The translations under genes were made by a program, and so were the position numbers. 32,000 nucleotides of DNA from Methanofollis ethanolicus (GTDB taxonomy: Archaea > Halobacteriota > Methanomicrobia > Methanomicrobiales > Methanofollaceae), in the NCBI RefSeq assembly GCF_001571385.1, contig NZ_BCNW01000001.1, forward strand, positions 2,177,470-2,209,469, in the 5' to 3' direction. Below, in pieces: positions 7,633 through 16,905 of this stretch (the first letter of the stretch is position 1; each line of letters opens with the position of its first letter). The notes beneath the pieces were generated by a model, which saw nothing but the letters and a program-made list of their open reading frames with translations, was not told where the DNA came from and searched no databases.

Positions 7633-9642
7633 CTACTTCCACGTCGCCACGAGTTCCCTGAACCTGACGACGTCGCAGACCTCCATCTCCTGCTGCATCC
7701 AGGGGGGGAGGCCGGCGAAGACGCCGGGGTCAAGGAAGCGTTCTTCGGCGAGGACGAGGACGCCGGTGTCCTCCGGTGTCCGCAGAACCCGGCCGAGGGC
7801 CTGGGTGGCCCTGTTGATCGCCGGGAGGGTGTACGAGATGAACTCGCCCTCGCGCCCGAACTTGTGCCTGTAGTACTCGATCACCATCTTCCGAACGCTG
7901 TTGTAGGGAGCGAGGGGGAGGCCGACGACCATCGCCCCGCGGAGCATCTCGCCGCGGTAGTCCAGGCCCTCGCTCCACTTGCCGCCGCAGACGGCAAAGA
8001 GGATCCCGGCCCGCCCCTTCTCGGGGAGAGAGACGAACTCCTGAAGAGCGGCCGTCGCCTCCCTGGACTCCTTCGGTTCGGTGAAGACCTCTTTCCCGTT
8101 TATGCGGCCGCCGCAGAGTTGGGCATAGGTGTTCAGGATCTGGTACGAGGGGAAGTAGACCGCGAGGTTGCCGCGGGCATGGGCAAACGCCCTGATGTAC
8201 TCGACGATCCTCCCGGTGTTCTGTTTGTTCTGGCGCATCCTGTAGGCGGTGGTGACGTCCCGACCGCAGGCGACAAGACGGTTCTCCTTCGGGAAACTGT
8301 TCGGGAGGGAGAGGGTCTGCACAGGGATGTCGCCGAAGTAGTACTTCCTGTAGGCGTCGAGGGGCGAGAGCGTGCCTGAGATGAGGATGCAGGCGGCGTG
8401 GGCCTGCCCGATCTCCTGGAGTTTCTCGCCGGGGTCGATGTTTCGCACCTCCAGTTCCACCTTCCCCTCGGCAGAGCGGTACAGGGTGAGGAAGGTCGGG
8501 TCCGCACCGGCACGGAAGACGCGGTACATGAAGTCGGCGAGGCGCTCGACCGCACTCTCCTTGTAGACCCCGGCGCTCTTGTTCTTTTCAGAGATGCGGT
8601 TTGCGATCTTCGAGAGGTCGCCGACGATCTCTTCGAGATTTTTGTACAGCGAACCCCTGACCACCGACCGGTGGAAGATGCCGGGGTCGAACCAGTCCTC
8701 CCCCTTCTCCGAGCGCCTGAGGGCCTCCATGAATGTCTCGATGTTCGGGAGGATCTGGCGGACGGCGTTCACGTCCTTCATCGTCCGGGAGAGGTGGGCG
8801 AGTTCGGTCATCGCCTGTTCGAGCATCTCGTATTCGAGGACGACGCTCTGGATCCCCTCCACGACGTCGCCACAGTTGTGGGCCTCGTCGATGAGGAGGA
8901 GGACGTCTTTGGGCTCGATATCGAGGGTGGCGTACAACTGGTCCCTGATATCGTCGTTGAAGAGGTGGTGGAAGTTGCAGATGAGGACGTCGGCACCCCG
9001 CGCCGCCTGCATCATCGTCTCGTACGGGCACATGCCGCTGCAGAAGGACTTCAGGTTCTCCGGGGCGATCGCCTCGCTCTTCACCCTGTCGGCCTTCTGC
9101 CTGAGCGTCACGGACGACGCCATCCGCAGGCCGCTCTCCTCGTCGCCCCGCACAAACACCTTGCTCCTGATGAAATACGGACAGATGAGGGGGTGCTCCG
9201 GGTCCAGGTGCCGGATCTGGTCCTGGATCGTCCGGTCCTCGGAGGGGACGAGGGAGCCCTTCTGCGCCCTCTCCCGCATCAGTGCCGAGGAGAAGGCCTT
9301 GACCCCCTCGCACCGGCGGTACGGATCGCCTTCGCCGCCGAGGGGGCACATCGAGCCCTTGCCGACGAGGTACGAGAATGTCAGCGACGGCTGCTTTTTC
9401 CTGACAAGGGCGAGTTCCCTGATGAAGGTGGCGAGTTGGGAGATCGTCCGCACCGCCACGATCACCTTGCGCCCGTTGCGTTCGGCGAGGAGGGCCGAGA
9501 CGACGCTCGACTTCCCGCTCCCTGTCGGGGCGTCGATCATGGCGATCCCGCCGGACCGCGCGGTCTCCGCGGCAAATGCCAGCATCTCGCGCTGGTTGGG
9601 GCGGAAGTCCGGATACGGGAACCAGTCATCAAGCGGGTCCAT
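7633..9642 (-). CDS. xpd: ATP-dependent DNA helicase, XPD/Rad3 family (FeS helicase)
   Basis: 669 aa. Walker A 'DAPTGSGKS' and DEAH box 'IDEAHN'. Cys residues (MCPLGG, RRCEG, ICPYF, CSGMCPYE) between motifs I and II are consistent with the 4Fe-4S domain. C-terminal 'QALGRVLRTPEDTGVLVL'. Confidence 0.9.
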   Translation of the reverse strand: MDPLDDWFPYPDFRPNQREMLAFAAETARSGGIAMIDAPTGSGKSSVVSALLAERNGRKVIVAVRTISQLATFIRELALVRKKQPSLTFSYLVGKGSMCPLGGEGDPYRRCEGVKAFSSALMRERAQKGSLVPSEDRTIQDQIRHLDPEHPLICPYFIRSKVFVRGDEESGLRMASSVTLRQKADRVKSEAIAPENLKSFCSGMCPYETMMQAARGADVLICNFHHLFNDDIRDQLYATLDIEPKDVLLLIDEAHNCGDVVEGIQSVVLEYEMLEQAMTELAHLSRTMKDVNAVRQILPNIETFMEALRRSEKGEDWFDPGIFHRSVVRGSLYKNLEEIVGDLSKIANRISEKNKSAGVYKESAVERLADFMYRVFRAGADPTFLTLYRSAEGKVELEVRNIDPGEKLQEIGQAHAACILISGTLSPLDAYRKYYFGDIPVQTLSLPNSFPKENRLVACGRDVTTAYRMRQNKQNTGRIVEYIRAFAHARGNLAVYFPSYQILNTYAQLCGGRINGKEVFTEPKESREATAALQEFVSLPEKGRAGILFAVCGGKWSEGLDYRGEMLRGAMVVGLPLAPYNSVRKMVIEYYRHKFGREGEFISYTLPAINRATQALGRVLRTPEDTGVLVLAEERFLDPGVFAGLPPWMQQEMEVCDVVRFRELVATWK

Positions 9643-9729
9643 TCAATACCGTTTTGTCGGCGGGCATGATGTAGTATTGGGTCGGTCTGACAAAGGGATA
9701 AGAGCGAGGAGGACAAGGACGGAGGGGGG

Positions 9730-10755
9730 ATGAGAATGGCAAAAGGGGACGTCGCCATATTTATCGCGCTCCTTCTCACCGCAGGGCTCTTCTGGGCGGC
9801 CGACAGGCTCTACCCCGACCTGCTCCTGGAAAGGATCACGCTCACCGTCTTCGCCGTCGCCGTTATCTATTTCCTCCTCAGGCCCGGCGCCGAGAGGGTG
9901 CTGACCAGGGCGGTCGGGTCTGAGATGGCACGCTACTCGGTGAGGAAGGCGGTGTCCATCATTTCCCTCGTCCTGATCCTCGCGGTGGTGATCAGGATCT
10001 GGGTCGAAGACCCCCGGACCCTCCTTCTCTCGTACGGGATCATCGCCGCCGGCCTTGCCATCGCCCTCCAGGACGTCTTCAAGGACTTTGTCGGGAGCCT
10101 GGTCATCCTTGTCGCCCGGCCCTTCGGCATCGGCGACAGGGTCGAGATAGAGGGGCATGCCGGGGACGTGATCGATATCGGCCTCCTGAACACCGTGCTG
10201 ATGGAGATCGGCGGGTGGGTCTCGGGCGACCAGCCGAACGGCCGCATCACCTCTGTCCCGAACAGCGCCATCATCTCCGGGGCGGTGAGCAACTATACCC
10301 GTGACTTCACCTTCCTCTGGGACGAGGTCACGGTGCCGGTCGCCTACGGGGGCGACTGGAAGGAGGCGGCAGAGACATTTCTCGCCATCGCACGGGAGGA
10401 GACGGAAGAGGCGGTCCGTGCGGCCGGGCAGGAGATCGACCGGATCAGGCAGGAGTATTACCTCACCAGGAGGAGCGTCGAGCCGATGGCCTTCGTCGCT
10501 CTCACCGACAACTGGGTCGGGGTGACGGTCAGGTACATCGCCCCGGTGATGGAGAGGCGGGCCGTGAAGGACAGGATCAGCCGTGCGGTCCTTGCGGCGG
10601 CAGAGGCGTCGGAGAGTTTCAGGGTCGCAAGCGCCACCCTGGAGATCGGCGGGGCCCTCGCGGTCGGGTCACAACCTATATCTACCCGGATGCCGACCGG
10701 CAGGCCGGGGGAGAGAGAGGATGGACCTGGGAACCGCCGTCCCGCAGGGGAATGA
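9730..10755 (+). CDS. Mechanosensitive ion channel, MscS family
   Basis: 341 aa with N-terminal TM helices. 'GLAIALQDVFKDFVGSLVILVARPFGIGDRVEIEGHAGDVIDIGLLNT' is the MscS TM3 plus beta-domain signature. The start could be ATG 9730 or 9736, with GGAGG at 9721-9725. Confidence 0.88.
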   Translation: MRMAKGDVAIFIALLLTAGLFWAADRLYPDLLLERITLTVFAVAVIYFLLRPGAERVLTRAVGSEMARYSVRKAVSIISLVLILAVVIRIWVEDPRTLLLSYGIIAAGLAIALQDVFKDFVGSLVILVARPFGIGDRVEIEGHAGDVIDIGLLNTVLMEIGGWVSGDQPNGRITSVPNSAIISGAVSNYTRDFTFLWDEVTVPVAYGGDWKEAAETFLAIAREETEEAVRAAGQEIDRIRQEYYLTRRSVEPMAFVALTDNWVGVTVRYIAPVMERRAVKDRISRAVLAAAEASESFRVASATLEIGGALAVGSQPISTRMPTGRPGEREDGPGNRRPAGE

Positions 10756-12742
10756 AAGGCTGGAGAGAGAGATGGACGGGCTGGAGGGGGAGGCCGCCTA
10801 TGCGGAGACGGCCTATGCCCTGCCGGTGAGTTATGCCCTGACGGGTCTCCGGGTGGCGACGGCCGACGGGGCGCGGAAGGCGTACCTGGCGTCGGGGAAA
10901 AACCCGCTCGTTGCCGCGGAGTGCGTCCGGGCGTTTGTCGGCGGCGGTGTTGAGGAGGCGCCGTACACCGGATTCCTCGGCGACACCGAACTGCGGCGTC
11001 TCGGCTATTCCCTGGTGGACGGGAGCATCCTCGGCCTCGCCCTCCTTGTCGGGACGCCGGAAAACGCCGACGCCGCCGCGGCGGTCTGCCGGGAACTGCA
11101 GGAGACGTACATGCTCACCTTTCTTGCCGGCGGGGTGACGGAGGTGCTCACGGCGGCGGGCGTGAAGGTGGGGCCGGGCTACCGCCTCATCCCCCTCGGG
11201 CCGGGCGGGATGGCGGCCGTCCACGTCGCCGACGTCCTCGCACGGGTGGCGATGATGTTCGGCGGGGTGCAGGCCGGCGACGCCGGACGTCTCCTCGCCT
11301 ATGCACGGGAGAGGGCGAAGGCCTTCGTCGTCGCCTTCCCCGGCCTTTCGGAGGAGGAGGTGGCGGTCCTCGACGCCCTCAGGCCGCTCGGCGTCCCTGT
11401 CCTCTCTGTCGGCGGCTACGAAGGGGGCGAGTGGGTGCCGGTCGGGGCCGACGAGGCGGTCGGCCGCGGCAGAGACCTGCGGGAGATCAGGGTGAAGGTG
11501 ACGGCGATCCCGATCCCGATGGCCTGCTCCCCGGCCTTCGAGGGGAAGAGCATCAGGAAAGAGGAGATGCACGTCGAGTTCGGCGGCGGGCGGACCCCGG
11601 CCTTCGAACTCCTCCGGATGCGGCCGGCCGCGGAAGTGGAGGACGGGAAGGTGACGGTGACCGGGCCGGAGGCCGACGCCGTCGCCGAGGGGTCGGCCCT
11701 CCCCCTCGCCATCATCGTGGACGTCGCCGGGAAGAGGATGAAGAAGGAGTACGAACCGGTGCTGGAGAGGCGGGTCCACACCTTCCTCAACTACGGCGAG
11801 GGGTCCTGGCACGTCGCCCAGCGCGACCTCATCTGGGTCCGCCTCTCGAAGGAGGCGGTGGCGAAGGGTGTGCGGGTGCGCCACCTCGGCACCCTCCTTG
11901 CCGGTCGGTTCAGGGCCGACTTCCCCGACCTCATCGACGCCGTGGCGGTGACCCTGATCACCGACGGGGACGCCGTCCGCGCCGCCCGCACCGGGGCCGA
12001 GGAGGTCTACCGGCAGAGGGACGAGCGGATCGCGGGGATGAAGGACGAGGACGCCGCCCTCTTCTACTCCTGCACCCTCTGCCAGACCTTCGCCCCGAAC
12101 CATGTCTGCGTCATCACGCCCGAGCGCCCGGCCCTCTGCGGGGCGATCACCTGGCTGGACGCCCAGATCGCCCACGAGATCGCACCGGCGGGCGCGAACC
12201 AGCCCGTGGAGAAGGGGGAGGTCGTCGACGACCTCACGGGCGAGTTCGCCGGGGTGAACAGGTTCGTGAAGAAGGCCTCGCACGGGACGGTGGAGAGGGT
12301 CTGCCTGTACGGGATGATGGAGTACCCGATGACGGCCTGCGGGTGTTTCGAGGCGGTGGCGGCGGTGCTCCCGGAGACGAACGGGGTGGTGATCGTCACC
12401 AGGGAGTACAGGGGCGAGACGCCCCTCGGCATGACCTTCTCCACCCTGGCCGGGACGATCGGCGGCGGGGCACAGACGCCGGGTTTCCTCGGGATCTCCA
12501 GGAACTATATCCTCTCGGACCGCTTCCTCAGGGCCGAGGGGGGTATCGCACGGGTGGTCTGGATGCCCTCCCAACTGAAGGAGGAACTGGGGGAGAGACT
12601 GCGGGGGGTGCTCGCCGCACGCGGCATGCCCGACCTCTTCGAGAGGATCGCGGACGAGAGGACGGCGACGACCCTGGAGGACCTCGTCGCCTTCCTGGAG
12701 ACACACGGCCACCCGGCACTGGAGATGGACCCGATCATCTGA
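10721..12742 (+). CDS. acsB: Acetyl-CoA synthase catalytic subunit (A-cluster), bacterial AcsB-type with N-terminal domain
   Basis: 673 aa from ATG 10721, with a purine-rich gggggagagagagagg run directly upstream; the ORF opens at 10583. 'SCTLCQTFAPNHVCVITPERPALCGAITWLDA' supplies the [4Fe-4S] Cys ligands and 'TACGCFE' is the Cys-Gly-Cys Ni-Ni site. C-terminus 'HGHPALEMDPII'. The N-terminal ~260 aa ('YAETAYALPVSYALTG', 'YTGFLGDTELRRLGYSLVD') resemble the N-terminal domain of Moorella-type AcsB as I recall it. Confidence 0.93.
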   Translation: MDLGTAVPQGNERLEREMDGLEGEAAYAETAYALPVSYALTGLRVATADGARKAYLASGKNPLVAAECVRAFVGGGVEEAPYTGFLGDTELRRLGYSLVDGSILGLALLVGTPENADAAAAVCRELQETYMLTFLAGGVTEVLTAAGVKVGPGYRLIPLGPGGMAAVHVADVLARVAMMFGGVQAGDAGRLLAYARERAKAFVVAFPGLSEEEVAVLDALRPLGVPVLSVGGYEGGEWVPVGADEAVGRGRDLREIRVKVTAIPIPMACSPAFEGKSIRKEEMHVEFGGGRTPAFELLRMRPAAEVEDGKVTVTGPEADAVAEGSALPLAIIVDVAGKRMKKEYEPVLERRVHTFLNYGEGSWHVAQRDLIWVRLSKEAVAKGVRVRHLGTLLAGRFRADFPDLIDAVAVTLITDGDAVRAARTGAEEVYRQRDERIAGMKDEDAALFYSCTLCQTFAPNHVCVITPERPALCGAITWLDAQIAHEIAPAGANQPVEKGEVVDDLTGEFAGVNRFVKKASHGTVERVCLYGMMEYPMTACGCFEAVAAVLPETNGVVIVTREYRGETPLGMTFSTLAGTIGGGAQTPGFLGISRNYILSDRFLRAEGGIARVVWMPSQLKEELGERLRGVLAARGMPDLFERIADERTATTLEDLVAFLETHGHPALEMDPII

Positions 12743-12754
12743 GGGGAGGGACGA

Positions 12755-13672
12755 ATGACAGAGAGGATCACCGAGGTGGCAATCGGCGCCACCAGGGCTG
12801 AAGGAGGGACGAGGACGAGGTCGTACAGGGTCGGTGGGGCGTCGGCCCTCCCCGACATGGGCGACGCGGGGGCGAGGCCTCTTGTCGCCCTGGAGATCTG
12901 CGACGACCCGGCCCTCTGGCCGGCGGTCGTGCTGGACGAGGTCGGTGACCTCGCTGGCGACCTCGCCGGGTGGGCGAAGGCCGCGGAGGAGAGGTGGGGT
13001 GCCGACCTGGTCCGCCTCGTGCTGACGAGCACGCGGCGGCGGGGTTTCGACGACCCCGCGTCGGCAGGGAGAGCGGTCGAGGAGGTGCTCGCCGCCACAG
13101 GACTCCCCCTCATCGTCGAAGGGAGCATCGATCCCGCCCTGGACACCGGGGTCTTCAGGCGGTGCGGGGAGGCGGGCGAGGGGGAGAGACTCCTTCTCGG
13201 CACGGCCGAGGCCGAGAGGTACCGCTCGGTCGCGGCCGCCGCCCTTGCCTACGGCCACGCCGTCGTCGCCCAGACCCCGATCGACATCAATCTCGCAAAA
13301 CAGCTGAACATCCTCCTGCGGGAGACGGGGGTGCCGCACGACCGGATCGTCATCGACCCGTACACTGGCGCCCTGGGCTACGGCTTCGAGTACTCCTACT
13401 CGGTGATGGAGCGGGTCCGCACCGCCGCCCTCGCGGGCGACGCCGACCTTGCGATGCCGATGATCAGCGCCGCACAGGACTCCCTCACGGTGAAGGAGGT
13501 GCGGGAGGCCCCTGAGGAGGAGAGGGCGGAGACCGCCGTGCAGTGGGAGTTCTATGCCGCCTTCGCCGCGGCGGTGGCAGGCGCCGGGATCGTCTGCGTC
13601 CGCCACCCCCGCACCGTCGGGGTGCTCAGAGAGGCGATCGCCGACCTGTGGGGGGGAGAGGGATGGCGATGA
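12755..13672 (+). CDS. acsD: Corrinoid iron-sulfur protein small subunit (AcsD / CdhD-like, short bacterial-size form)
   Basis: 305 aa. 'INLAKQLNILLRETGVPHDRIVIDPYTGALGYGFEYSYSVMERVR' matches the TIM-barrel delta/small subunit. A GGGGAGGG run lies a few nt upstream of the ATG. Confidence 0.9.
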   Translation: MTERITEVAIGATRAEGGTRTRSYRVGGASALPDMGDAGARPLVALEICDDPALWPAVVLDEVGDLAGDLAGWAKAAEERWGADLVRLVLTSTRRRGFDDPASAGRAVEEVLAATGLPLIVEGSIDPALDTGVFRRCGEAGEGERLLLGTAEAERYRSVAAAALAYGHAVVAQTPIDINLAKQLNILLRETGVPHDRIVIDPYTGALGYGFEYSYSVMERVRTAALAGDADLAMPMISAAQDSLTVKEVREAPEEERAETAVQWEFYAAFAAAVAGAGIVCVRHPRTVGVLREAIADLWGGEGWR

Positions 13673-14988
13673 AGGCGCTCGAGGTCTACAAACTCCTGCC
13701 GAAGACCAACTGCAAGGAGTGCGGGTTCCCGACCTGCCTCGCCTTCGCGATGAAACTCGCCGCCGGGGGCGTCGAACCCGAACGCTGCCCGTACCTCGAC
13801 GAGGAGACGAAGGCCCTCCTCGGCGGGGCGACCAGGCCGCCGGTGCGAGCGGCGACGGTCGGCGTCGGCGCCCGCTCCTTCACCGTCGGAGAGGAGATCG
13901 TGATGTACAGGCACGAGAAGACCTTCTACCACCGTCCCGGCATCATGGTCTGCGCCGGCGACACCTCGCCGCTGGAAGGGATCAGGGCGACCGCCGGGGA
14001 GGTCCGCGACCTCGTCGTCCACCGGGTCGGGCAGGACCTGACCCTCGACGGCATCGCGATACGGTGCGAGAGCGGGGACCCGGACCGCTTTGCCGCGGCC
14101 TCCATGGCCGTCGGGGAGTGCGGCGACCTCCCCCGTCTCCTCATCGCGGCAGACCCCGACGCCCACGCGGCGGCCCTCCGGGTCTGCGGCCAGTTCCTGC
14201 CCCTCATCCACGCCGCGACCGCGGAGAACCACGCGGAGATGGCGGCCCTCGCGAAGCGCTACGGGTGCCCCCTCGTCGTGCGGGCGGAAACCCCGGAGGA
14301 ACTCGCCGACCTCGCCGCGGCATGCACCGCCGCCGGCGCCAGGTCCATCCTCCTGGACCCCGCCCCGCGGACGATGGGGGACTTCGTGGCGCGGGCATCG
14401 CACCTGCGGGAGCACGCGGTGACGAGGGCGTCGCCCGACCTCGGGTATCCCCTCTATCTCGACACCGTGACCCTCGGCACCGACGCAGCGCTCGCCGCCG
14501 GCATCCTCAGGTACGCCGGGGTCATCGCCGTCCCGCCCCTGCCGCGGCCCTCCCTCCTCGCCGCCCTCACCCTCCGCCAGAACATCTACACCGACCCGCA
14601 GAAGCCCATCCAGGTGACGCCCGGCATCTACCCGGTGAACAATCCGGGCAGGGACGCACCCGTCCTCCTCTCGGTGAACTTCTCCCTCACCTACTTCACC
14701 CTCCTCGGCTACCTGGAGGCCGGGAAGGTCCCCTGCTATCTCTTTGTCGTGGACACCGCGGGACTCTCCGTCTTGACGGCGGTCGCCGGCGGGAAACTCG
14801 ACGAAGACGTGGTGAAAAAGTCGATCGAGGCCATGGGCCTCGCCGGGACCGTGGACCACCGCACCATCGTCATCCCCGGCTACGCGGCACCCCTCTCCGG
14901 GAGGATAGAGGAGGCGACAGGGTGGAAGGTGCGTGTCGGGCCGCGCGACGCCGCGGAGATCGCAGAGTTCCTGGAGAAGGAGGGGTAG
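13663..14988 (+). CDS. acsC: Corrinoid iron-sulfur protein large subunit (AcsC / CdhE gamma)
   Basis: 441 aa from 'MAMKALEVYKLLPKTNCKECGFPTCLAFAMKLAAGGVEPERCPY', which carries the Cx2Cx4Cx16C [4Fe-4S] motif. The start overlaps the acsD stop; ATG 13669, in an ATGA overlap, is an alternative. Confidence 0.92.
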   Translation: MAMKALEVYKLLPKTNCKECGFPTCLAFAMKLAAGGVEPERCPYLDEETKALLGGATRPPVRAATVGVGARSFTVGEEIVMYRHEKTFYHRPGIMVCAGDTSPLEGIRATAGEVRDLVVHRVGQDLTLDGIAIRCESGDPDRFAAASMAVGECGDLPRLLIAADPDAHAAALRVCGQFLPLIHAATAENHAEMAALAKRYGCPLVVRAETPEELADLAAACTAAGARSILLDPAPRTMGDFVARASHLREHAVTRASPDLGYPLYLDTVTLGTDAALAAGILRYAGVIAVPPLPRPSLLAALTLRQNIYTDPQKPIQVTPGIYPVNNPGRDAPVLLSVNFSLTYFTLLGYLEAGKVPCYLFVVDTAGLSVLTAVAGGKLDEDVVKKSIEAMGLAGTVDHRTIVIPGYAAPLSGRIEEATGWKVRVGPRDAAEIAEFLEKEG

Positions 14989-16905
14989 ATGCCGGTCGTT
15001 ACCTTCCTGCCGGGTTATCGGAAGGCCCGGGTCCCGCAGGGCGCCACTGTCCTGGAGGCGGCGCAGAAGGCCGGCCTCGTGATGAACGTCGTCTGCGGCG
15101 GGCAGGGGAAGTGCGGCAAGTGCATCGTCCGCGTCGAGAGCGGGGAGACGACCTTCGACCGGGAGAAGTTCGGCGTCCTTTTTGCGGCCGCGGAACTGGA
15201 TGCGGGCGCCTGTCTCGCCTGCCAGACCCGCGTCTTCAGCGACGCCCGCATCGAGGTCCCGGCGCGGACATTGGTGCAGGAGCAGAAGATCCTGGTCGAC
15301 GCCCGACCCCTCGACGTCCCCCTCCACCCGTCGGTGCGGAAGTACGCCCTCGCTCTCTCGCCGCCGACTCTCGACGACCCCTCCTCAGACCTCGCACGTT
15401 TGCTCGACGGGGTGGAGAACACCGGAGGACCTGCGGCGGCGAAGGTCTACGCGCCCCTGGACGTGCTCAGGAAGATCCCTATCGTCCTCCGCCACGGCAG
15501 GTGGCGGTGCACGGCGACGGTCGCCCTGGTGCCCGGCGGGTACCGCCTGATCAACGTAGAGGAGGGGGACACGGCGGCGCGGCTGTACGGGGCGGCGGTG
15601 GACCTCGGGACGACGACGGTCGTCGCCTACCTCTGGGACCTCGCCGGGGGCCGCGTCCTCTCGACGGCCTCGAACTACAACAGGCAGATCTCCTGCGGCG
15701 AGGACATCCTCTCCCGCGTGAACTATGCGAAGAAGAACGGCACCGGCCACCTCCAGGAGCTCGCCGCGGTGAGCATCAACACCGCCCTCACCGCGGCGGC
15801 CGACGCCGCAGGGATCGACCTGGAGGACATCTACGAGGTGATGGTCGCCGGGAACACGGTGATGACCCACCTCCTCCTCGGCATCGACCCGGCCTACATG
15901 ATCGCCGAACCGTACGTCCCTGTCGTCAGGCGGACGTTCTCGACGACGGGGCAGCGCCTCGGCCTCTCCGTCGCCCCGACGGCCGGGGTCTTCACCTTCC
16001 CCGCGGTCTCGAACTTCATCGGCGGCGACATCGTCGCCGACATCCTCACCTCGGGGATGGCCGATGAGGACGAGGTCTCCCTCCTCATCGACATCGGCAC
16101 CAACTTCGAGGCGGTCCTCGGCGGGCGGGACTGGATGCTCGCCTGCGCCGGGGCGGCCGGACCGGCCCTGGAGGGCGGGGAGGTGCTCTTCGGGATGCGG
16201 GCGAACCCGGGGGCGATCGAGAGGGTGCGGATCGACGAGGCGACCCTCGAACCCGCCTTCGAGACGATCAACGAAGTCCCGCCCGTCGGTATCTGCGGGT
16301 CGGGTCTGATCGACCTCCTCGCGGGCCTGATCCGCGCCTGCGTCATCGACAGGACAGGGCAGATCAACACCGCCATCGACCACCCGCGGATACGCATGGG
16401 CCGCCATTTCCCCGAGTACGTCGTCGCATGGGAGAAAGAGAGCGGGGCGGGGAAAGATATCGTGATCACCGGGCACGACATCAGGAACCTGATCCTGAGC
16501 AAGGCGGCGGTGCTGGCGGCCTGCATCACCCTGATGGACGCGGCAGGCATCGCCCACGACGACCTCGCCACCGTCTTCTTCTCCGGGGCCTTCGGGAACT
16601 ATATCGACAAGGAGAACGCCGTCACCATCGGCCTCATCCCGGAGGTGCCCCTGGAGAGGGTGCGGAACCTGGGGAACGGGGCGGTCACCGGGGCGAACCA
16701 GGCCCTCGTCAGTCGGGAGAGGAGGAATGCCCTCGACCGGATCGCACGGACGATCACCTATATCGAACTGAACGCTGACCCGGGGTTCATGGACAGGTAC
16801 ACGCAGAGTTGTTTCCTCCCGCACACCGACCTCTCCCTCTTCCCGACGGTGCAGAAAGTCCTCGACGAGTGCAGACTGCGGAGAGGGGCGCAATGGCAGG
16901 GGTGA
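14989..16905 (+). CDS. RACo-type reductive activase of corrinoid proteins (N-terminal plant-type 2Fe-2S ferredoxin + ASKHA ATPase, COG3894/DUF4445-like)
   Basis: 638 aa. N-terminal 'CGGQGKCGKC...CLACQ' is a 2Fe-2S ferredoxin motif. 'VDLGTTTVVA', 'VAGNTVMTHLLLG', 'IDIGTNFE', 'GAAGPALEGG' and 'GICGSGLIDL' match ASKHA activase motifs. The ATG immediately follows the acsC stop. Confidence 0.88.
   Translation: MPVVTFLPGYRKARVPQGATVLEAAQKAGLVMNVVCGGQGKCGKCIVRVESGETTFDREKFGVLFAAAELDAGACLACQTRVFSDARIEVPARTLVQEQKILVDARPLDVPLHPSVRKYALALSPPTLDDPSSDLARLLDGVENTGGPAAAKVYAPLDVLRKIPIVLRHGRWRCTATVALVPGGYRLINVEEGDTAARLYGAAVDLGTTTVVAYLWDLAGGRVLSTASNYNRQISCGEDILSRVNYAKKNGTGHLQELAAVSINTALTAAADAAGIDLEDIYEVMVAGNTVMTHLLLGIDPAYMIAEPYVPVVRRTFSTTGQRLGLSVAPTAGVFTFPAVSNFIGGDIVADILTSGMADEDEVSLLIDIGTNFEAVLGGRDWMLACAGAAGPALEGGEVLFGMRANPGAIERVRIDEATLEPAFETINEVPPVGICGSGLIDLLAGLIRACVIDRTGQINTAIDHPRIRMGRHFPEYVVAWEKESGAGKDIVITGHDIRNLILSKAAVLAACITLMDAAGIAHDDLATVFFSGAFGNYIDKENAVTIGLIPEVPLERVRNLGNGAVTGANQALVSRERRNALDRIARTITYIELNADPGFMDRYTQSCFLPHTDLSLFPTVQKVLDECRLRRGAQWQG

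Noticed and set aside
9643-10720. Searched for cdhA/cdhB or cooS directly upstream of acsB (and downstream, 18671-19854)
   Set aside because: Upstream is occupied by a clear MscS gene, and downstream has no credible ORF. No CODH gene is in the window. Absence from the genome cannot be concluded.
10682-13606. 974-aa minus-strand ORF spanning acsB and acsD
   Set aside because: It is antisense to genes with unmistakable catalytic motifs. Its translation is Arg/Gly/Pro/His-rich and low in complexity, as expected for stop-poor antisense frames in GC-rich DNA.
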